A stretch of 64,000 nucleotides of DNA from assembly GCA_973895155.1 (NCBI GenBank), contig OZ316892.1, positions 7,299,251-7,363,250 on the forward strand, read 5' to 3'. Origin of the DNA: Marsupella aquatica. Taxonomy: Eukaryota; Plantae; Marchantiophyta. Below are positions 63,814-64,000 of the stretch, in pieces. The stretch's first letter is position 1. Every line of letters begins with the position of its first letter. Position numbers and translations under genes: made by a program. Below the pieces are notes generated by a model. That model did not search any database, was not told the DNA's origin, and worked only from the letters and a program-made list of their open reading frames with translations.

Positions 63814-64000
63814 ATGTTGTTAATGGCAGCAACGGAGGATACCCTCGCAGTAGCTATGGAGTCCGTTCCTGCAAGGCGGGAACGACTGCAGAAAGCCTTT
63901 AGCGATCTCGAGACGCAGAGAGCAGCTCTGGCTCAGCTCACTGTTGAATGGAAAGAGCTTGAAGAACACTTTGCGGAAGTGGAAAAAGCCGTGCAGAGTC
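63814..64000 (+). CDS. FRIGIDA-like protein, N-terminus (runs off the window; not in the ORF track)
   Basis: MLLMAATEDTLAVAMESVPARRERLQKAFSDLETQRAALAQLTVEWKELEEHFAEVEKAVQS matches the FRIGIDA-like N-terminal LQKAF..L...WKELEEHF coiled coil. Start may be 63814 or 63823. Confidence 0.8.
   Translation, partial: MLLMAATEDTLAVAMESVPARRERLQKAFSDLETQRAALAQLTVEWKELEEHFAEVEKAVQS

Overview
Eukaryotic plant nuclear DNA, most consistent with a bryophyte (probably a liverwort; inferred from gene style only). It holds about ten protein genes with uninterrupted ORFs, separated by AT-rich, transposon-laden spacers. The genes are: a fungal-type CmcJ/AsaB Fe(II)/2OG oxygenase, an F-box/kelch protein, a CDKF-type kinase with a ~700-aa activation-segment insert, two germin-like proteins in a ~3.5 kb tandem duplication, a Yippee protein, a microbial-type NAD(P)-binding Rossmann protein, ubiquitin-fused RTF2, a secreted Pro-rich protein and the start of a FRIGIDA-like gene. 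Mobile DNA includes a truncated LINE, a MULE-like element with a MITE inserted into its target-site duplication (TSD), Helitron ends and a helicase fragment, several MITEs and a degenerate 5S rRNA-derived sequence. The best leads are two horizontal-transfer candidates, the giant CDKF insert with a second APE-like motif, rapidly diverging germin paralogues, the 5S-derived element and a six-unit structured repeat array upstream of the FRIGIDA-like gene. No prokaryotic system or CRISPR array is supported. All family assignments come from motif recognition by eye, not database searches.
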